Source: Croceivirga sp.
Lineage (GTDB): Bacteria > Bacteroidota > Bacteroidia > Flavobacteriales > Flavobacteriaceae
Reading direction: 5' to 3'
Assembly (NCBI GenBank): GCA_028284285.1
Contig: JANQSA010000022.1
Coordinates: 7,741 to 71,740 of the forward strand
Length of the DNA: 64,000 nucleotides
Below, piece by piece: positions 1 through 9,221 of the stretch (positions within the stretch are counted from its first letter, which is position 1; each line of letters starts with the position of its first letter). The notes under the pieces are model-generated. The model saw only the letters and a list, made by a program, of their open reading frames with translations. It was not told the DNA's origin and did no database searches. Position numbers and translations under genes: made by a program.

Positions 1-2
1 AT

Positions 3-437
3 CAGCTGAAACCGGTATTAGAGAAAGAAGCCCTTACGTTTGGGGTTTGTCATGTACCAGAAGCCGAAATTGATACCATAAACATCTTAAATGCCTCTAT
101 TTTGGCAATGCATCGTTCCCTGGAAAAATTAGTTACTACCCCACAGCTTATCCTTGTAGATGGCAACCGATTCAAGCCCTTTAAAAAGATTCCTCACCAA
201 TGCATTGTAAAAGGAGATGCCAAATTTTTAAGTATTGCAGCCGCCTCAATCCTTGCAAAGACATACCGTGATGCTTTTATGGAAAAAATACATCAGGAAT
301 TCCCTATGTACAACTGGGCCAGGAATAAAGGGTATCCAACACGGGAACACCGGGAGGCGATCCGGAAGTACGGCCTTACCAAATATCACAGAAAAAGTTT
401 TAGGCAACTGCCCCAGCAACTGGTTTTTAAGATGTAA
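3..437 (+). CDS. rnhB: Ribonuclease HII, 5' end cut by window edge
   Basis: Frame 3 is open from nt 3 ([24 protein letters not shown]...). Motifs [23 protein letters not shown] and NKGYPTREH are typical of RNase HII. Stop at 435-437. Confidence 0.9.
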   Translation, partial: QLKPVLEKEALTFGVCHVPEAEIDTINILNASILAMHRSLEKLVTTPQLILVDGNRFKPFKKIPHQCIVKGDAKFLSIAAASILAKTYRDAFMEKIHQEFPMYNWARNKGYPTREHREAIRKYGLTKYHRKSFRQLPQQLVFKM

Positions 438-465
438 GCAAAGACCGTAACTTTGCCGTAAACTG

Positions 466-2925
466 ATGGCTATGAAATTTCGAATGCTGCTGTTTTTTTT
501 TGTGTTACTAACCGCCTGCACCCAAAAAAACAGGACATCTGATTCCTATTTGTCTTACTTACCGCAAAATGCCGAAATAATTATTAAGATCAACCATCCG
601 GACCGCTTTACCAGCGATTTGAAGAACAACAGTTTTATCTCCAGCCTTCAAAAAACCAAAGCATACCGGAAAATACAGGAGAAATTACGCCCCATGGATT
701 CCCTGGTGCTTCAGGGGCCTTACCTCCTCGCCTTTTATGAAGTTGGTAAAGCCAATTTTGAATATCTGTTGGTTGTACCGGAAATACCTACAGGGATCAA
801 CGGCAACCCGGATACTGTAGGAGCCACTTTTTCCTACGACAATACCACTATAACCCAATACATAGCGAATGAGAACGATTTTTTCCATGCTGTAATAGAT
901 AAAAATCATGTAATCAGCTCTGCACAAATACTCCTTGAAAATGCGATTAGATGGGGTAATACCAATAGCGTACCCCCTGCTCTTCAAAAATTGTACGATA
1001 CCACAGATCCTAATGAAACTGCAGCAATTTTCATCAACCTTGACCGGCAGAATAGTCTGATGTCTTTCCCACTTAAGGACACTACAGCATTTCGTCCGGA
1101 CGCTTTTGCAGATTGGATTTCTCTGGATATTAATTCAAACAATGATGCCCTTTTGCTTTCCGGAGTGGCGGTAGCCCGGGATTCTGTGACCAACTTTATA
1201 AATCTTTTTAAAGGTACCACCCCTTTATCCGACCGCATCTCTGGGATTGCTCCTCAAAATTCAGATGCCGTCCTATCCTATAGTTTTAACGACTCCGAAA
1301 AGTTTTTACAAAATCAAAAAAGCTATTTGGATCTGGCCTCCTTTGACAATGAGGAACTTATGACATTTGAAGAGCTTGGTATTATATACTTAAATAACAC
1401 AAAAGCAATTGCCCTAACCACTTTTTCCAACGAAAATCTTTCGCAATTCCTCACTTCAAACACTGTAGGCAGGGCTAACTACCAGGGTACGGAAATTATT
1501 GAGCTATCTTCCCCGAAATTCGTGGTCAACACCTTCCAGCCCCTGATTAGCACGTTTGCTTCCAATTTTTATTGTGTTTTTGATAACACCTATGTTTTTG
1601 CCCAGGACGGGGAGACCTTGCAAACCCTGATTGCCAACAAAAAAAATGGCGTCACCTTTGACAAAAACCCGGCCTATACTACCATTAAGTCCAGATTGGC
1701 GGATGAAGCTTCCATCTTACTGGTTGCTCAGGGAAAGGGACTTCGCCAGTTTACAGCTAATCAATTTTCGGATGCCTATGCTAAAGATATGGCATCACTT
1801 CAGCTGGGAAAAGAAAGTTTTGCTGTTCAACTGATCGCCGATGGCAGTTTTCTCCATTTCAACGTATTGTTAACACAAATTCAAAAGAAACCTAAGGTAA
1901 ATACGGTGGCACCGCTATTTACATTGGAACTGGATAACGATCTGGCAACCGATCCGGTCTTTGTGGAGAATCACAGAACCCATAAAAAAGAAATAGTAGT
2001 ACAGGATCAAGACAACATCTTATACCTCATATCTACAGCAGGCAAAGTGCTTTGGAAAAAGCAATTGGAAGGCAGGATCCGTGGAAAAATCCACCAGGTG
2101 GATATTTATAAGAATGGCAAACTACAGTTAGCCTTCTGTACCAACAATCAGTTCTTAGTGCTGGACAGAAATGGCGAAGAAGTACCGCCTTTCAATAAAA
2201 AATATGAAGGTGGTAATGTAAATCCGTTAGCCGTTTTTGATTATGAAAAAAACAAGGACTACCGCTTTGTCGTTACCCAGGGTAAAAAGGTATTCATGTA
2301 CAATAACAAAGCTGAAATTGTTACCGGCTTCACGTTTACCGAAGCCAACAATAGCATACTTACCGCTCCGGATCATTTCAGGATTGCTCAAAAAGACTAT
2401 TTGTTGTTCCGCCTTGAGGATGGTACCTTAAAAATTCTGCATCGCGCTGGAAATGATCGAATCAAGGTAGCTGAGCGCATTGATTTTTCCAATAATGGCA
2501 TCTTTTTATATAAGAACAAATTTTCCATGACCAATAAAAAAGGAGTGCTCCATCAAATAGACACCAAGGGAAAACTTACGGCAACCAATTTCAATTTAGG
2601 TCAGAATCATGGAATGTACGCCACCAGTAAGACCTTAGCGCTTATGGATGAGAATGTTTTAAGCATTAAAGGAAAAAAAGTAGAATTGGAATTGGGAGTC
2701 TATACCCCTCCTAAAATCTTTTATATCTACGATAAAATCTATGTGTCTGTTACCGACATTCAGAATCAAAAAATCCACTTGTACGATAGTCAGGGGAAAC
2801 CTATCCCCAATTTTCCGGTTTACGGGAATTCAATTGTTGATATGGTAGACATGGACAATGACAGGAAGTTGGAATTGGTAGCCAAAGATCAAGAGAACTC
2901 GATTATCGTGTACGGCATAAATTAA
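466..2925 (+). CDS. Large hypothetical lipoprotein (819 aa), function unknown
   Basis: Long uninterrupted ORF with an N-terminal signal and lipobox-like LLTAC. The C-terminal third has repeated beta-strand-like segments. No catalytic motif recognised. Confidence 0.7.
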   Translation: MAMKFRMLLFFFVLLTACTQKNRTSDSYLSYLPQNAEIIIKINHPDRFTSDLKNNSFISSLQKTKAYRKIQEKLRPMDSLVLQGPYLLAFYEVGKANFEYLLVVPEIPTGINGNPDTVGATFSYDNTTITQYIANENDFFHAVIDKNHVISSAQILLENAIRWGNTNSVPPALQKLYDTTDPNETAAIFINLDRQNSLMSFPLKDTTAFRPDAFADWISLDINSNNDALLLSGVAVARDSVTNFINLFKGTTPLSDRISGIAPQNSDAVLSYSFNDSEKFLQNQKSYLDLASFDNEELMTFEELGIIYLNNTKAIALTTFSNENLSQFLTSNTVGRANYQGTEIIELSSPKFVVNTFQPLISTFASNFYCVFDNTYVFAQDGETLQTLIANKKNGVTFDKNPAYTTIKSRLADEASILLVAQGKGLRQFTANQFSDAYAKDMASLQLGKESFAVQLIADGSFLHFNVLLTQIQKKPKVNTVAPLFTLELDNDLATDPVFVENHRTHKKEIVVQDQDNILYLISTAGKVLWKKQLEGRIRGKIHQVDIYKNGKLQLAFCTNNQFLVLDRNGEEVPPFNKKYEGGNVNPLAVFDYEKNKDYRFVVTQGKKVFMYNNKAEIVTGFTFTEANNSILTAPDHFRIAQKDYLLFRLEDGTLKILHRAGNDRIKVAERIDFSNNGIFLYKNKFSMTNKKGVLHQIDTKGKLTATNFNLGQNHGMYATSKTLALMDENVLSIKGKKVELELGVYTPPKIFYIYDKIYVSVTDIQNQKIHLYDSQGKPIPNFPVYGNSIVDMVDMDNDRKLELVAKDQENSIIVYGIN

Positions 2926-3047
2926 TGGCTTCTTATACATGATTTAACACAAATCATACATCTCCGGGGACAGCTTTACCTCAATTTCACTATTTTGAGA
3001 CTTGGTATTTTTCCACCTTAACACACACACAATCAAAACACTAAATA

Positions 3048-4379
3048 ATGAAGACTTCTCTTACAGGAAAAATCGTTTTGAGTGTACTACTAGGTCTTGC
3101 CTTTGGCACTAGTGGTAACGCTCAACTCCTTAAAAAATTGGGAAAAAGAGCGCAACGTGCTGCGGAACGCACTGTGGAACGCCGTGTAGAGCAAGAAACG
3201 GCTGAAAAGACGGATGAGGTTTTGGACAGTATTCTGGAGCCTGGGAAAAAGGGGCAACAAGTCCCTCCTAACACGGAAATTCCTCCCGGTTCACAAGGAG
3301 GAGGAACACCCTCGGACAATTCCACCAATGGTGCAAACACCAACACCCCTGAAACAGGGCCTAAAACCTTAACGGTATACAGCAAATTCGATTATGTCCC
3401 CGGTGATAAACCCTTGTTTTTCGATGACTTTGCCAATGATTTCCTTGGCGACTTTCCTTCAAAATGGAATACCAATGCCGGTGGTGAAGTGGTAACGCTA
3501 GGAGACTCTTCGCAAAAGTGGCTGGGACTGAAATCTGGTTACAGTATTTTCTACATACCAAATGCACCACAACTGCCTGAAGAATATACCATAGAATTTG
3601 ATATTGCAACAGTAGGATTGGACCGAAACACTTCTTCTACATCACGACTTGTTGTTATGTTAAGTAATGATGAAAAATTTGGGGATGGCAGTAATTTTGC
3701 CATGGCTGAATTACCTTTTTGTCAATACTCCCCTATAGGAATTACTGTCCGGAACAGGGTAAATGGAAAACAGGAAATACGCAGTACGGTAAAAGCTGAT
3801 TTGAGGGATGAAGTTTTGGACTATCCTCATATATCCATAGCTGTCAACAAACAACGTTTCAGACTATGGGTAAATGAGGTCAAGTATATAGATGTTCCTC
3901 AATTAGTGACCAGCGGGGCTGTCCTGAATACGATAAAATTTCATGCCAACAATTTCAAAGACGGCAAAGAACAGGTCTTTATTTCCAATCTTAAAATCGC
4001 CGAAGGCGGAGTCGACCTCCGACGAAAACTCATTGCAGAAGGAAAGATCTCTACCAACGGTATCTTGTTTGATACGGGATCGGCCAACATTAAACCCGAA
4101 TCTATGGGGATCATCCGGCAGATCTATCAGGTATTGCAACAAGACGCTAACATCAACCTGAAAATCGTGGGACATACGGATAGTGATGGTAGTGACGAGG
4201 CCAATATGTCCTTATCCAAAAATCGCGCGGATGCCGTAAAAAATGCACTTGTTAATGTATATGGCGTTGATAGTGGTCGGCTTACCACAGAAGGCAAAGG
4301 TGAATCAGAACCTGTTGGCGATAATACTACCGGGGAAGGTAAGGCACAGAATCGTAGAGTAGAATTTATAAAGCAATAA
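3048..4379 (+). CDS. OmpA-family protein with uncharacterised N-terminal domain
   Basis: Signal peptide. C-terminal OmpA-like peptidoglycan-binding domain (ILFDTGSANI...IVGHTDSDGSDEANMSLSKNRADAV...NRRVEF). Confidence 0.85.
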   Translation: MKTSLTGKIVLSVLLGLAFGTSGNAQLLKKLGKRAQRAAERTVERRVEQETAEKTDEVLDSILEPGKKGQQVPPNTEIPPGSQGGGTPSDNSTNGANTNTPETGPKTLTVYSKFDYVPGDKPLFFDDFANDFLGDFPSKWNTNAGGEVVTLGDSSQKWLGLKSGYSIFYIPNAPQLPEEYTIEFDIATVGLDRNTSSTSRLVVMLSNDEKFGDGSNFAMAELPFCQYSPIGITVRNRVNGKQEIRSTVKADLRDEVLDYPHISIAVNKQRFRLWVNEVKYIDVPQLVTSGAVLNTIKFHANNFKDGKEQVFISNLKIAEGGVDLRRKLIAEGKISTNGILFDTGSANIKPESMGIIRQIYQVLQQDANINLKIVGHTDSDGSDEANMSLSKNRADAVKNALVNVYGVDSGRLTTEGKGESEPVGDNTTGEGKAQNRRVEFIKQ

Positions 4380-4382
4380 ACC

Positions 4383-5084
4383 GTGATAAAATATAAAATT
4401 GCAAGTCTGATTGCCATTGCCTTGATTTGTTGGAATACCACAGCTCAAAACTGCAGTCAATACTATCCCATGGTAGAAGGTTCTTCTTTTGAATACACCG
4501 TTTATAACAAAAAAGGGAAAACCGATGGGGTTATAGCCTACACTGTTACTGATGTTAGAACCAATGGTGATAGTGCCACCGCCACCATGCAAATGAATAT
4601 GAAGGACGGCAAAGGCAAACAACAATATGCAATGGACTATGACTTTACCTGTGAAAACGGGATAATAAAAATAGATTACGAATCCCTTTTCCCGCAACAA
4701 ATGATGGAACAGTTTGGAGAAGATGTAGAAATTACAATGTCCGGAACCGATGTAGAGTTGCCAGCTAACTTATCCGTGGGACAGGAATTAAAGGATGCCA
4801 ATGTTGATGTTGCTATGGATATGGGGATGATGAAAATGGATATCGCCGTAAAGACCATTAATCGGAAAATAGAAAAAAAAGAAACCATAACTACACCGGC
4901 GGGCACTTTTGACTGTTTGGTCCTTTATAGTGAAAGCATTACCAAAATGCCCATGGGTGGAGGGAAAAAAGCCTACCCTTCCAGAGTATGGCTGGCAGAT
5001 GGCGTTGGCATGGTGAAACAAATCTCCTATAACCCAAAAGGAAATGTAGATTCCACTTCTGAACTTACTGCATTCAGTAAATGA
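4383..5084 (+). CDS. Hypothetical secreted protein
   Basis: 233-aa ORF with signal peptide, starting 4 nt after the OmpA-family stop. No recognisable motif. Confidence 0.6.
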   Translation: MIKYKIASLIAIALICWNTTAQNCSQYYPMVEGSSFEYTVYNKKGKTDGVIAYTVTDVRTNGDSATATMQMNMKDGKGKQQYAMDYDFTCENGIIKIDYESLFPQQMMEQFGEDVEITMSGTDVELPANLSVGQELKDANVDVAMDMGMMKMDIAVKTINRKIEKKETITTPAGTFDCLVLYSESITKMPMGGGKKAYPSRVWLADGVGMVKQISYNPKGNVDSTSELTAFSK

Positions 5085-5117
5085 CTTAACCAGCCTGAAA
5101 GTTGGGAAGGGCCCTGA

Positions 5118-5876
5118 TTACAACGGGGCCTTTTCTTTTATCCATTCCGCTTCAAACAAGTTGGAAAAGTGGTGCAATAGTTTTTGTTTTACTTCCTGCA
5201 TATCCACTTGTACACGCCCCAGTTCAACATTTAGGGAGGTCACTGCCTTATCCTTGATGCCACAGGGAATCATCAGGTCGAAATACCCTAAATCGGCGTT
5301 AATATTGAAGGCAAATCCATGCATAGTAACCCATCTGCTTGCACGAACCCCCATAGCACAGATCTTTCGGGCAAAGGGGGTACCTACGTCCAACCACACC
5401 CCGGTTTCACCATCAGAGCGTTGCCCTTTTAACCCATACTCCGCCAAAGTACAAATGACCATCTCCTCCAAAAAACGGAGGTACTTGTGAATGTCGGTAA
5501 AAAAATTCTCCAGATCCAATATGGGATACCCTACAATCTGGCCCGGACCATGATACGTAATATCGCCACCCCGGTTGATTTTGTAAAAGGTGGCTTGCTT
5601 ATCCGCCAGTGTTTTTTCGTCCACCAACAGATTAGTTACATCGCCGCTTTTACCTAAAGTAAAGACATGAGGATGTTCTACAAAAAGAAAATAATTGGAA
5701 GTGGCTATCTCACTGCCCTCCCTCCGGTTTTTAATCTTAGTGTCAATAATCCCTTTGAACAGGGTCTCCTGATAATCCCAGGTTATCTTGTAATCCTGAT
5801 ATCCCAAATCCTGTAGTTGTACAACTTTATTCTTCCCCATATTCATAAGCAATTTCGTTAACTTAGGTATCGCCAA
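5118..5876 (-). CDS. lipB: Lipoyl(octanoyl) transferase LipB (true start may be the Met at 5846 or 5840)
   Basis: RGGDITYHGPGQIVGYPILDL and CGIKDKAVTSL motifs are characteristic of LipB. Confidence 0.9.
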   Translation of the reverse strand: MAIPKLTKLLMNMGKNKVVQLQDLGYQDYKITWDYQETLFKGIIDTKIKNRREGSEIATSNYFLFVEHPHVFTLGKSGDVTNLLVDEKTLADKQATFYKINRGGDITYHGPGQIVGYPILDLENFFTDIHKYLRFLEEMVICTLAEYGLKGQRSDGETGVWLDVGTPFARKICAMGVRASRWVTMHGFAFNINADLGYFDLMIPCGIKDKAVTSLNVELGRVQVDMQEVKQKLLHHFSNLFEAEWIKEKAPL

Positions 5877-5919
5877 TTTTCTTTCCCCTACCCTAAAAGG
5901 CGGAAAATTGGCTGCTATC

Positions 5920-6297
5920 TTACAAAAACGTCAAAATTCTCCTCGTTACTTTCCTAAAACTGTGATCAATTTCAGAATTATCAAACCGAATAACTTTTAA
6001 GCCATAGCTTTCAATGACTTTAGTACGATCATCATCATATTCTATATTAGATCTATGTTGCCTACCATCCAACTCGATTACCAACATAGCACTATGACAA
6101 TAAAAATCAAGTATATAATCCTTAAAGGGGTGCTGTCTTCTGAACTTGAGACCTTTTGGTCTAGTGCGTAAAAAACTCCACAGTTTTTGTTCTTGTGGGG
6201 TCTGAGTCTTACGTAAAATACTGGCGAATGCAAATTTATCTGCTTGTGCCCCAGCATGCATTCCCTCATTCTTTAACAAGTTTTTCCCTTTTTGCAT
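5920..6297 (-). CDS. DUF559 (Vsr-like) endonuclease-domain protein
   Basis: LWSFLRTRPKGLKFRRQHPFKDYILDFYC...VIELDGRQH pattern is typical of DUF559 proteins. Confidence 0.8.
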   Translation of the reverse strand: MQKGKNLLKNEGMHAGAQADKFAFASILRKTQTPQEQKLWSFLRTRPKGLKFRRQHPFKDYILDFYCHSAMLVIELDGRQHRSNIEYDDDRTKVIESYGLKVIRFDNSEIDHSFRKVTRRILTFL

Positions 6298-6493
6298 TTA
6301 AAGAATTTATTCAAACTGCTCTTACCTGTAAGGTAAAAAAGAAGATAATTGGAAGACTTCTTAAAGTTCAAAAAAACCGCACCCTCCAGGGAAGGGGAAA
6401 TGGTTTTTTCGGCCTAGGCCAGTGAAGAAGCCGTACTCCACAAATCTTGCAGCAGGACTTTTTTGTTCATGCTACAAAGTTACAAAGCAGCGG

Positions 6494-7240
6494 TTATTTT
6501 TCCAGTTCCACCCGTATCTTAAACGCTTCCGGGTCTTTCATCATCTCAAGAAAATTCACTTCGTAGATCATGGTCTTCCCATCCATTGAAAAAGTTGCCC
6601 CTTCCACATTAGTGTTCTTCACCCGTCTGGGAAAATGGTATTTAAAGGTATAGGTAGAACCGGAGAGAAACATTTCTGATCCTTTTAAACTATCCAGTCC
6701 CTTTGAGAAAAGGGCCTCATCAATGATCTTGGTGGTTCTTGTAAACGTATTTTCGGAGAACGAATAATTTACCTGGGTAGTAGGTTCCTGCGATGGCATG
6801 TCTGCAGATGGTCCACCACCTCCCGGCTTAGGACCCAAAGCGCTGGCTTCCTGAAAGGCGTTGAAGGCATCGTTTACTTCGGACACATTTTTAAACTCGC
6901 TGAAAAGGTCAAAACTCAAGGTTTCATTTTTCGAATCCATAGCCATATGTAGGCTGAAAGGTTCCAGTTTTTTTAGTTTTTCCTGCTCTTCTAAAGGGAG
7001 CTTGGAAATACTATCCGCTTTTTCCTTGAAAAAATCTTTGAAGACAATAGTGGAATCCATCACCTCCTCTTGCTGTGTGCTATCTTCCATAGAGGCCAAA
7101 GCGGCCATCATTTCATTACCGTCAAAATGAATGTTTAGTTTTCCGGAACCGTCTTTGTTAAAATGAATTTCTTCGGTAAAATTACATGCCACGATCAGGC
7201 CACAGATGATCACTGCAGCTAATAATTTGAGTTTTCCCAT
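6494..7240 (-). CDS. Hypothetical lipoprotein
   Basis: 248-aa ORF with signal peptide and Cys (IVACN). No recognised domain. Confidence 0.6.
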   Translation of the reverse strand: MGKLKLLAAVIICGLIVACNFTEEIHFNKDGSGKLNIHFDGNEMMAALASMEDSTQQEEVMDSTIVFKDFFKEKADSISKLPLEEQEKLKKLEPFSLHMAMDSKNETLSFDLFSEFKNVSEVNDAFNAFQEASALGPKPGGGGPSADMPSQEPTTQVNYSFSENTFTRTTKIIDEALFSKGLDSLKGSEMFLSGSTYTFKYHFPRRVKNTNVEGATFSMDGKTMIYEVNFLEMMKDPEAFKIRVELEK

Positions 7241-7247
7241 AGGACGC

Positions 7248-7403
7248 TTAATTCGGATTGTTCAAAATAATCAAGGCGGCTATAACCCCTGGTACCCAGC
7301 CACAAAATGTTAAAAGTAGCACAATAAGGAAAGAACCGCAACCTTTTCCGATAACCGCTAAGGGCGGAAATAGTATGGCCAGTAAAACTCTTAAGAAACT
7401 CAT
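7248..7403 (-). CDS. YqaE/Pmp3 (UPF0057) small proteolipid membrane protein, 51 aa, below ORF-track cutoff
   Basis: Hand translation of the minus strand gives MSFLRVLLAILFPPLAVIGKGCGSFLIVLLLTFCGWVPGVIAALIILNNPN. ATG at 7403-7401, TAA at 7250-7248. The PPLAV...GW(V/I)PG pattern is the Pmp3 signature. Confidence 0.75.
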   Translation of the reverse strand: MSFLRVLLAILFPPLAVIGKGCGSFLIVLLLTFCGWVPGVIAALIILNNPN

Positions 7404-7469
7404 TGTTGATTGATGTACTCTATTGGTCTAAAAATACGCTAACTTGTTACAGTAAAAAAGAAGTTTCTG

Positions 7470-8528
7470 ATGCGCTTTTCCCTAATGGTCTCTTTCTTCC
7501 TTTGTACAACCCTTTTAACCGGGCAGTACCGATTTGAGGGTCAGGTGGGGGATACGTATAAAAACCATACGGTTTACCTGTCTTTGGTAGAAAACTATCG
7601 AAAAAGCTCCCGGGTATATCTGGATCAGATCATTCAAAAAACCAGGGCAGATTCCGCAGGGTATTTTTCGTTCTCAGGGAATCAGCTCTCGCCCAAAAAC
7701 CGGATATATCGTATTCATGTTGATGGTTGCGAGGAGGAATCCCCCACTAAGAATCATTTTTTACGGGAGTGCAGCACTACGGAAAGCTTACTCTTTATTG
7801 CCTCCAACGCGGATACATTATCCTTCCCCCTGGAGAACAACAATCAGGCCTTTTGTGAGATTCGTTCCACTAACCCGGCCTCAGCCCTCCTTTTGGAGGT
7901 GGAAGCCTTAAAAGAAGACATGATCCTGGATTTTATGGATTATGATTCGGAACTCAGCCAAGTCCTCAATTTTAAAAAATGGTTTGCACAATTTCAGGAA
8001 TTTGGAGAAGAAAGCAACGAACCCCTGGCAGAGTTATATATCTATGATTTCTTATCCGACAGGACAAATGAAACCTATTCTACCTATTTGGAAGAGCTGC
8101 CTTCCAATTCATACTATAAAGCGTTGTTATCCCGAATGCAAAATAAGTATCCCAAGTCCAAAATGGTCACCCAATATGTAAGTGAGCTGCAGTCCGATCT
8201 GGCCTTAGCACCAAAAGAAACTACCAGCACTTCCGGTTTTGACCCCCAGTATTTTATATATCCGCTATTTTTTCTGGTATTGCTTTCCCTTGGATATTTT
8301 TTTCTTCGCAAAAGAAAGCCCCCTCAGGGGAAAACAGTATTGGAAACCCTCACTTCACAGGAACGAAAAATTATGGATGCCATTCTGGACGGGAAATCAA
8401 ATAAAGAAATTGCAGCCCATTTTTACATCAGTGTAAGTACTGTAAAATCCCATATCAATAGCATTTATAAAAAGTTAGGTTTGTCTTCCCGGACCGAAAT
8501 ACGGTCTGCCTATAAAGCAAATACATAA
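7470..8528 (+). CDS. Membrane-anchored LuxR-family transcriptional regulator
   Basis: N-terminal signal, about 260-aa extracytoplasmic region, one TM segment (FIYPLFFLVLLSLGYFFL), then a C-terminal LuxR HTH (LTSQERKIMDAILDGKSNKEIAAHFYISVSTVKSHINSIYKKLGL). Confidence 0.8.
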   Translation: MRFSLMVSFFLCTTLLTGQYRFEGQVGDTYKNHTVYLSLVENYRKSSRVYLDQIIQKTRADSAGYFSFSGNQLSPKNRIYRIHVDGCEEESPTKNHFLRECSTTESLLFIASNADTLSFPLENNNQAFCEIRSTNPASALLLEVEALKEDMILDFMDYDSELSQVLNFKKWFAQFQEFGEESNEPLAELYIYDFLSDRTNETYSTYLEELPSNSYYKALLSRMQNKYPKSKMVTQYVSELQSDLALAPKETTSTSGFDPQYFIYPLFFLVLLSLGYFFLRKRKPPQGKTVLETLTSQERKIMDAILDGKSNKEIAAHFYISVSTVKSHINSIYKKLGLSSRTEIRSAYKANT

Positions 8529-8616
8529 TTTCCAACAGGTTCTAGTCCTTTTTTCCACCCTATTCTATTTCGGTAACCTCAAGGATTCCACGATTTTCGA
8601 CAAAAAACTGGAAATC

Positions 8617-9159
8617 ATGAAAAAATTGGCATCACTTATCATCTTTATAGCAGGGTTTTGTATGTTAGCCCAAAACAATCCCAAGGAAATTGAACTGCCT
8701 GACGGCAGCACTTTTTTATTAGGGAAGATCACTCGAAAGGAACTTCAAACAGCCCCTTACTCCCAATGGTTTCAGAACAATTATGAAAAATACATGGTGG
8801 ATAAAAGCCTGGTAACGCTCTTCAAAAAGGAGCTGAATACAACCGAAATTCTTCTATTTCTGGGCACCTGGTGTGGGGATAGCAAACGGGAAGTTCCCAG
8901 GATATTCAAGGTACTGGATACCGCTGATTTCCCTGAGGAAAATCTTACTATAATCGCTTTGGATAAACGAGACGAATACTATAAAAAGAGTCCAGGAGGG
9001 GAGGAAAAAGGTTGGGATATAAGTTATGTTCCCACGCTAATTCTTATGAACCAAGGCAAGGAGATCAATAGAATTGTGGAACGCCCCATTGGATCATTGG
9101 AGGAAGACCTGTTGGCCATTCTTTCCGGTACGACCTACATTCCCAACTATGCGAAGTAA
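8617..9159 (+). CDS. Thioredoxin-fold protein (monothiol WCGDS motif)
   Basis: Signal peptide. LFLGTWCGDSKREVP lies in a thioredoxin-like context. Confidence 0.7.
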   Translation: MKKLASLIIFIAGFCMLAQNNPKEIELPDGSTFLLGKITRKELQTAPYSQWFQNNYEKYMVDKSLVTLFKKELNTTEILLFLGTWCGDSKREVPRIFKVLDTADFPEENLTIIALDKRDEYYKKSPGGEEKGWDISYVPTLILMNQGKEINRIVERPIGSLEEDLLAILSGTTYIPNYAK

Positions 9160-9182
9160 ACGGTAAAACGACCACAGGGATT

Positions 9183-9217
9183 AAAGCGCAAAAGTGTAAT
9201 TTTGCGCTTTAATTTTT
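9183..9217 (+). terminator. Rho-independent terminator after the thioredoxin-fold gene
   Basis: Perfect 11-bp stem aaagcgcaaaa / ttttgcgcttt (9183-9193 with 9200-9210), loop gtgtaa, then aattttt. Confidence 0.55.
9197..9204 (+). promoter_or_regulatory. Candidate Bacteroidota -7 box (TAnnTTTG) for lysS
   Basis: taattttg matches TAnnTTTG exactly, 18 nt upstream of the lysS ATG. Confidence 0.3.
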
Positions 9218-9221
9218 GGTT

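Noticed and set aside
493-501. T9 homopolymer in the signal-peptide region of the 819-aa lipoprotein gene, and an A8 run at 15784-15791 in the metalloprotease poly-Lys linker, as possible phase-variation tracts
   Set aside because: The runs are short and encode plausible FFF and KKK residues. With a single sequence there is no evidence of length variation.
3021-3031. (AC)5 microsatellite upstream of the OmpA-family gene
   Set aside because: It is too short to be meaningful and has no associated structure.
5920-6297. DUF559 gene as a possible mobile or defence element
   Set aside because: It is a single small gene with no partner methylase or mobility gene, and DUF559 orphans are common. I kept it as an ordinary feature only.
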